Assembly (NCBI GenBank): GCA_051439605.1
Contig: JBFRWN010000070.1
Span: 1 to 64,000 of the forward strand
DNA: 64,000 nucleotides
DNA from: Synechococcus sp.
Lineage (GTDB): Bacteria > Cyanobacteriota > Cyanobacteriia > Thermostichales > PCC-7336
Reading direction: 5' to 3'
Positions 59,569 to 64,000 of this stretch are shown one piece after another (position 1 is the first letter of the stretch; the number at the start of each line of letters is the position of its first letter). The notes under the pieces were generated by a model that did not search any database, was not told the origin of the DNA, and saw nothing but the letters and a program-made list of their open reading frames with translations. The translations under genes were made by a program, and so were the position numbers.

Positions 59569-59676
59569 GGGAACTTCTGCCTTCCTACTGACGTGTCCTC
59601 AAAAAGGCTAACGCAAAACCGACAGAGGAACGTTAAAACTAAATATGACGCTTGAAATTTAAGGATTTTTGCTGCT

Positions 59677-59958
59677 ATGGCCGATCCCATTACCCCAGCC
59701 GTCAGCGATCGCATCTGCCAGCACATGAATGACGATCATGCAGAGGCGGTGGCGCTCTACGCACAGGTTTACGGTGGGCTTGCCAACGTGAAATCAGCCC
59801 AAATGAAAGCGATTGACCCTCAGGGGATGGATTTAATGGCTGATGTGGATGGTGCTGAGACTGCCGTGCGAATTGCCTTCGAGCGCGATTTAGCAGATTC
59901 CGAAGATGCCCACCAAACCCTGATCGCCATGGTGCGTCAGGCCCGCTCGAAGGGTTAG
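59677..59958 (+). CDS. DUF2470 domain protein (heme-related, GluBP/HugZ-like domain)
   Basis: RICQHMNDDH..IDPQGMDL..VRIAF. Confidence 0.9.
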   Translation: MADPITPAVSDRICQHMNDDHAEAVALYAQVYGGLANVKSAQMKAIDPQGMDLMADVDGAETAVRIAFERDLADSEDAHQTLIAMVRQARSKG

Positions 59959-60503
59959 TTGAGTGAGTCTTTAAGAATTTAAGCCGCAGCCATAACGCAA
60001 ATCAGGGTCGAGCCAGCAGCAAAATTCTCTTCGATGTTAACCGCATCAATCGGAGCAAACTGACAAATCTTATGTTTACTAGCGTGCTCCCAGCACGTGC
60101 TTGCCAATCTTTGTCAGACCTTTGCCGCACCGACGTTTTCCGATCTAGCCCGCACCGAGCTCGTAATGTTGTTCGAGGGGCAAGCTTGCTTGGCTTGCAA
60201 CCCTGCGCTTTAGTCCTTTACTCCGCCTGCTCTTGTTGCTGGATCTAGAGCGATCGAATCAGTAGAATCACTACGCTGAGATGGTTTCAGCCTCCAACAG
60301 GCTGTCTGAGAGCTGGATTTCGAAACTTTAAGATTATTAACGAGCACTCTGTCGGGCTGGACTTATTCTATTGAAAGGTTAAAACTCAATCTTGCTTGCA
60401 ATCCCCCTTGACCGAGGTGGATGCAATCTTTGGCAACATAATTTGCCAGTCTTAATACCTTGATAATCATCCTTTTTTGGTGCATCAAAGCTTAGGAGGC
60501 CCC

Positions 60504-61232
60504 GTGAGTCATCAATTAGCGACCCTATTGAAAGAAGGGACGAAAGAGTCTCATACGATGGCGGAAAACGTCGGATTTATTAAAAACTTTTTGGGCGGTC
60601 TGGTTGAAAAAAGCTCCTACCGCAAGTTGGTGGGAAACTTCTACTTTATCTATGCGGCGATCGAGCAAGAGTTTGAACGCCACAAGGACCATCCCGTGCT
60701 GAGCAAATTGTATTTTCCTGAGCTGTGGAGAACCCACACCCTAGAGGAAGACTTGGCGTTTTATTACGGCAAGAACTGGCGTTCTGAAGTGAAAGCCTCC
60801 CCTGCTTGCGAAGAGTACGTCAAGCGCCTGAAGGTTGTGTCTAACGAACAGCCTGAGCTTCTGGTTGCCCACGCCTACACCCGATATATGGGAGACCTGT
60901 CTGGCGGTCAAATCCTCAAGAATATTGCCAAGAATGCCATGGGACTTGAGGATGGATCCGGCCTTAGCTTCTACGAGTTTGAATCCATCAACAATCCCGG
61001 TCGGTTTAAGAATATTTATCGTGCAGCAATGGATAGCTTGCCCGTGAGCGAGCAAATGGCTCAATCCATTGTGGATGAAGCTAACCTCAGCTTTAAGATG
61101 AACATGAACATGTTCCAGGAACTGGAAGGTAACTGGTTCATTGGCCTGCTGCGCTTCACCATGAATTCTCTGCGTGCCAAGCTGCAGTCCATGTTTGGTG
61201 CGTCCGAAAAGCCTGCTTCGCAGACTAGCTAA
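60504..61232 (+). CDS. ho1: Heme oxygenase (biliverdin-producing)
   Basis: LKEGTKESHTMAEN, LVAHAYTRYMGDLSGGQIL and EANLSFKMN. GTG start after AGGAGG. The ho1 vs ho2 assignment is tentative. Confidence 0.9.
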   Translation: MSHQLATLLKEGTKESHTMAENVGFIKNFLGGLVEKSSYRKLVGNFYFIYAAIEQEFERHKDHPVLSKLYFPELWRTHTLEEDLAFYYGKNWRSEVKASPACEEYVKRLKVVSNEQPELLVAHAYTRYMGDLSGGQILKNIAKNAMGLEDGSGLSFYEFESINNPGRFKNIYRAAMDSLPVSEQMAQSIVDEANLSFKMNMNMFQELEGNWFIGLLRFTMNSLRAKLQSMFGASEKPASQTS

Positions 61233-61288
61233 GCCGAGACATGCAGACCGCTTGTATTTGGCATGAAGCCCGAGCAAGCTAGGTGATA

Positions 61289-61318
61289 AGCTCCACCAAT
61301 TTTGGTGGGGCTTTATTT
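61289..61318 (+). terminator. Intrinsic terminator after heme oxygenase
   Basis: AGCTCCACC..GGTGGGGCT stem followed by TTATTT. Confidence 0.7.
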
Positions 61319-61385
61319 GGCCTATCAATCTCGCTTTGGTCTGAATTTACGGACGGGGTAGCGACCATCAACACGAATCCCTCAC

Positions 61386-63140
61386 TCAAGCCTCGGGAAT
61401 CCCCTTCACTGCTTGCAACTCAGAGCCCCACAACTGTTTCGCCACCTCCGCCTGGGCTACATCCCGCCGATCGCCGGAGTAAATGCAGGGGAATCCATAG
61501 GGTTCTGACAGCTCTAACATGCGATCGAACGCGCTGCGACTGCCGTAACACACCAGCGCCTTCACCTTCTGCCAATGCCGCACCAACAGGTGCTGTGTCG
61601 CTGGTGATAGTCCCCCATGACCGCGAAACGGGCCGGACTGTACGAATACCTGTACCACCAGTCCGCTGGCGCTATCCAGCGCCTGCTCGAGCAGAAAGGC
61701 AGGCGTATTCAAATCCGCCAGCAAAGTGGGGATCCCCTGCGCAGTAGCGGACTCGATCGCCGGACTGGTGGGGCTGACAAAACCAGCAGATAGCCAGCGA
61801 TCGGTCCACATCCAGTTCAACCAATTGGGCTCCGCCTGTAACGGTAATTCTTGCCGACGATAGGGATGGACGGCCGCGATGGCGATCGCCTCCGAAATTA
61901 GTCTGGAGGCTGATGTGCCCACCACCCGCGCGATCGCATCTGCCGGAGTAGCGGAGCTGACGGCGGTCTCTAGTAGGCGCTCCAGGCTAGAGGGTTTGTT
62001 GCGGGGGGCTGTACCCAATAGCTCAGTTAAGGCGGGGGGGGCGTTGGCAGGTTTTGCCGTAGGTCTCGACCCTGGCAACAGACGCTCAATTGGAAGTTGC
62101 TCCATGCGGGAGCTATCGCACACCCGGTGTTTTGCGTTCAATATCCGCTCCACCGATTGACGAATCCGCTGGCGGGAAAGGCGGCCCGATTCCACCGCTG
62201 CACAAATAGCCTCAATGGCATCCAGCGGTTGCGGCGGCATGACAATAACATCGGCTCCTGCCTCTAGCGCCCGTACCGCCAACTCACCGCCAGAGAGGGG
62301 GGCCTCTGATGAGGGAAACTGTGTCATCGCCCCCATCGTCATGGCATCCGTGACCACCAAGCCGTCAAAATTCCACTCTTGACGTAGAACGCCCTCTAGC
62401 ATCTTTTCTGAGAGGGTGGCAGGCCAATCGGGATCGAGCTTGGGCACCATTAGATGGGCGCTCATGATGGCATCAACACCAGCGGAGATGGCCTGCTGGA
62501 ACGGCTGCCATTCCAGGGATTCCAAACGAGCTCGGGGATGAGATAGCTCCGGCAGAATAAGGTGAGAGTCTACGCTGGTATCGCCATGGCCGGGGAAATG
62601 CTTGGCGGTGGTCAACACAGAAGCGGTTTTGGCCCCGCGAATAAATGCACTGGCCAGTTCCCCAACCCGTTCTGGGCTGGAGCCAAAGGCACGCACGTCA
62701 ATCACGGGGTTGTTAGGGTTGCTCTGCACGTCCACCACGGGGGCAAACAGCCAGTTAATCCCCAGCGCCGTTGCTTCGCGGGCGGTCACCTGCCCCATCT
62801 GTCTGGCCCAACTAATCCCCGCTTGACCCAGATCGGAGAAGGCGATCGCTGGAGGAAACTCCGTCGCCCCCCTAAACCTTTGCCCCACCCCCCATTCCAC
62901 ATCCGCACAGACAAATAAGGGGATGGAGGCCCAATCCTGCATCTGCTGCACCCGCAGCGTCACGTCAGCCACCGTTCCCCCAAACAGCAACACTCCCCCC
63001 ACCCCCACATCCTGAATCAGGGGCTGCAGCTTCTCTCGGGGCCATTCCCACTGGGGATAGCCTGCTTGTGAATCGAGCAGGTGACCGGAGGCCCGCACCA
63101 CGATCGTCTGCGCCACTTGTTGCTGCAGGGTCAGCTCCAT
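61386..63140 (-). CDS. GH3 glycoside hydrolase, beta-N-acetylglucosaminidase (NagZ-like)
   Basis: CADVEWG, FAPVVDV, RAFG, KHFPGHGDTSVDSH (NagZ motif) and VTDAMTM. Confidence 0.9.
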   Translation of the reverse strand: MELTLQQQVAQTIVVRASGHLLDSQAGYPQWEWPREKLQPLIQDVGVGGVLLFGGTVADVTLRVQQMQDWASIPLFVCADVEWGVGQRFRGATEFPPAIAFSDLGQAGISWARQMGQVTAREATALGINWLFAPVVDVQSNPNNPVIDVRAFGSSPERVGELASAFIRGAKTASVLTTAKHFPGHGDTSVDSHLILPELSHPRARLESLEWQPFQQAISAGVDAIMSAHLMVPKLDPDWPATLSEKMLEGVLRQEWNFDGLVVTDAMTMGAMTQFPSSEAPLSGGELAVRALEAGADVIVMPPQPLDAIEAICAAVESGRLSRQRIRQSVERILNAKHRVCDSSRMEQLPIERLLPGSRPTAKPANAPPALTELLGTAPRNKPSSLERLLETAVSSATPADAIARVVGTSASRLISEAIAIAAVHPYRRQELPLQAEPNWLNWMWTDRWLSAGFVSPTSPAIESATAQGIPTLLADLNTPAFLLEQALDSASGLVVQVFVQSGPFRGHGGLSPATQHLLVRHWQKVKALVCYGSRSAFDRMLELSEPYGFPCIYSGDRRDVAQAEVAKQLWGSELQAVKGIPEA

Positions 63141-63242
63141 ACCTCAAACCTAAAAATCACCTGACCATCACTCTATCCGCCATTATTCCGTCTGGTACTG
63201 TGGGAGCACCGCTCGGATAAGTTCCTAAAGTTCGCATTGACT

Positions 63243-64000
63243 ATGCTTAGCCGTACGATCGTTTGCACCCATACTCTCAAACACGATTGGACCCATTGCC
63301 GTCCCCTTAGAGTGGTGGGGGCGATGAGCGGGACATCGATGGATGGAATTGATGTGGCTTGTGTGGAGATTCAGCCTTCCCTCCAGTTGGCTACCCCCCT
63401 CTCTGTCAGGGTTCTTGCCACCGACAGCGTTCCCTACCCACCAGCATTGCGGCAGCGAATTCTCGACATTGCCAGCGGTTTACAGATTTCTTTGCCCGAA
63501 TTGAGTCAGCTGGATGACGCAATCGCCAACGCATTTTCCACCGCCACATTAGAAGTCACCTCAGCCGCTCGAGCTACTCCTAATGCTAGTGGTTGCGCAG
63601 CCATCGACCTAATCGGCTCCCACGGTCAAACAGTCTTTCACAAAGCCCCCGATTCTAATTGCACCATTGGTCACAGCATTCAGTTGGGGCGAGGGGAAAC
63701 GATCTCCATGCTTACCGGCATCCCCACCGTAAGCAATTTTCGAGCTGCCGATATTGCCATCAAGGGTCATGGAGCCCCGCTAGTCCCCCGAGTGGATGCC
63801 TTGCTACTGCGCGCTCGAGAAGAATCTCGCTGTATTCAAAACATTGGCGGCATTGGTAATGTGACTTACCTACCTGCGCTGCAGCCTGAAGGAAAGCGGT
63901 CCGAGGGGAAGCAGTCCAAGGGGGAGATTATCGGATGGGACACCGGCCCTGGCAACGTCCTGATTGACCTAGCGGTAGCTCGATTCAGTCAGGGGGAGCT
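63243..64000 (+). CDS. anmK: Anhydro-N-acetylmuramic acid kinase (partial; runs off the right edge)
   Basis: VVGAMSGTSMDGID, IGSHGQTVFH, FRAADIA..GHGAPLVP, QNIGGIGNVT and DTGPGNVLID. It is absent from the ORF track because it has no stop in the window. Confidence 0.95.
   Translation, partial: MLSRTIVCTHTLKHDWTHCRPLRVVGAMSGTSMDGIDVACVEIQPSLQLATPLSVRVLATDSVPYPPALRQRILDIASGLQISLPELSQLDDAIANAFSTATLEVTSAARATPNASGCAAIDLIGSHGQTVFHKAPDSNCTIGHSIQLGRGETISMLTGIPTVSNFRAADIAIKGHGAPLVPRVDALLLRAREESRCIQNIGGIGNVTYLPALQPEGKRSEGKQSKGEIIGWDTGPGNVLIDLAVARFSQGE

Noticed and set aside
1..64000. Frequent GCGATCGC repeats
   Set aside because: This is HIP1, a well-known dispersed cyanobacterial palindrome; I used it only as a taxonomic and nativeness marker.

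Overview
This is a 64 kb chromosomal window from a cyanobacterium. The HIP1 octamer GCGATCGC is frequent in core genes, and a cyanobacteriochrome, a heme oxygenase, a Hik2-like kinase and an exosortase O/PEP-CTERM pair are present. The left ~14.7 kb is accessory and partly decayed. It holds the end of an IS1-family element inserted into an FGE-sulfatase/CLec gene whose 3' end has the codon signature of a diversity-generating retroelement (DGR) variable region, IS630 and DUF1400 remnants, a DeCLIC-like multidomain pentameric ligand-gated ion channel, hsp20 and tRNA-Ser(GGA). An island follows the tRNA, with a truncated foreign sulfatase, a catalytically degenerate tyrosine recombinase and a divergent HTH/zinc-ribbon regulator. 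The right half is mostly housekeeping (trpA, gpsA, nadA, purS/purQ, ispE, nadB, pgi, heme oxygenase, nagZ-like, anmK). The most striking unexplained structure lies at 23690-26053. Seven exact copies of the 13-mer ATAGTCCAGATAA are arranged mirror-symmetrically around a perfect 13-7-13 palindromic core (24697-24729). They bracket a DUF429 gene, a universal stress protein gene and three short non-coding segments, which is the pattern expected of a bidirectional, integron/shufflon-like cassette array. All calls come from reading the sequence; no searches were run.
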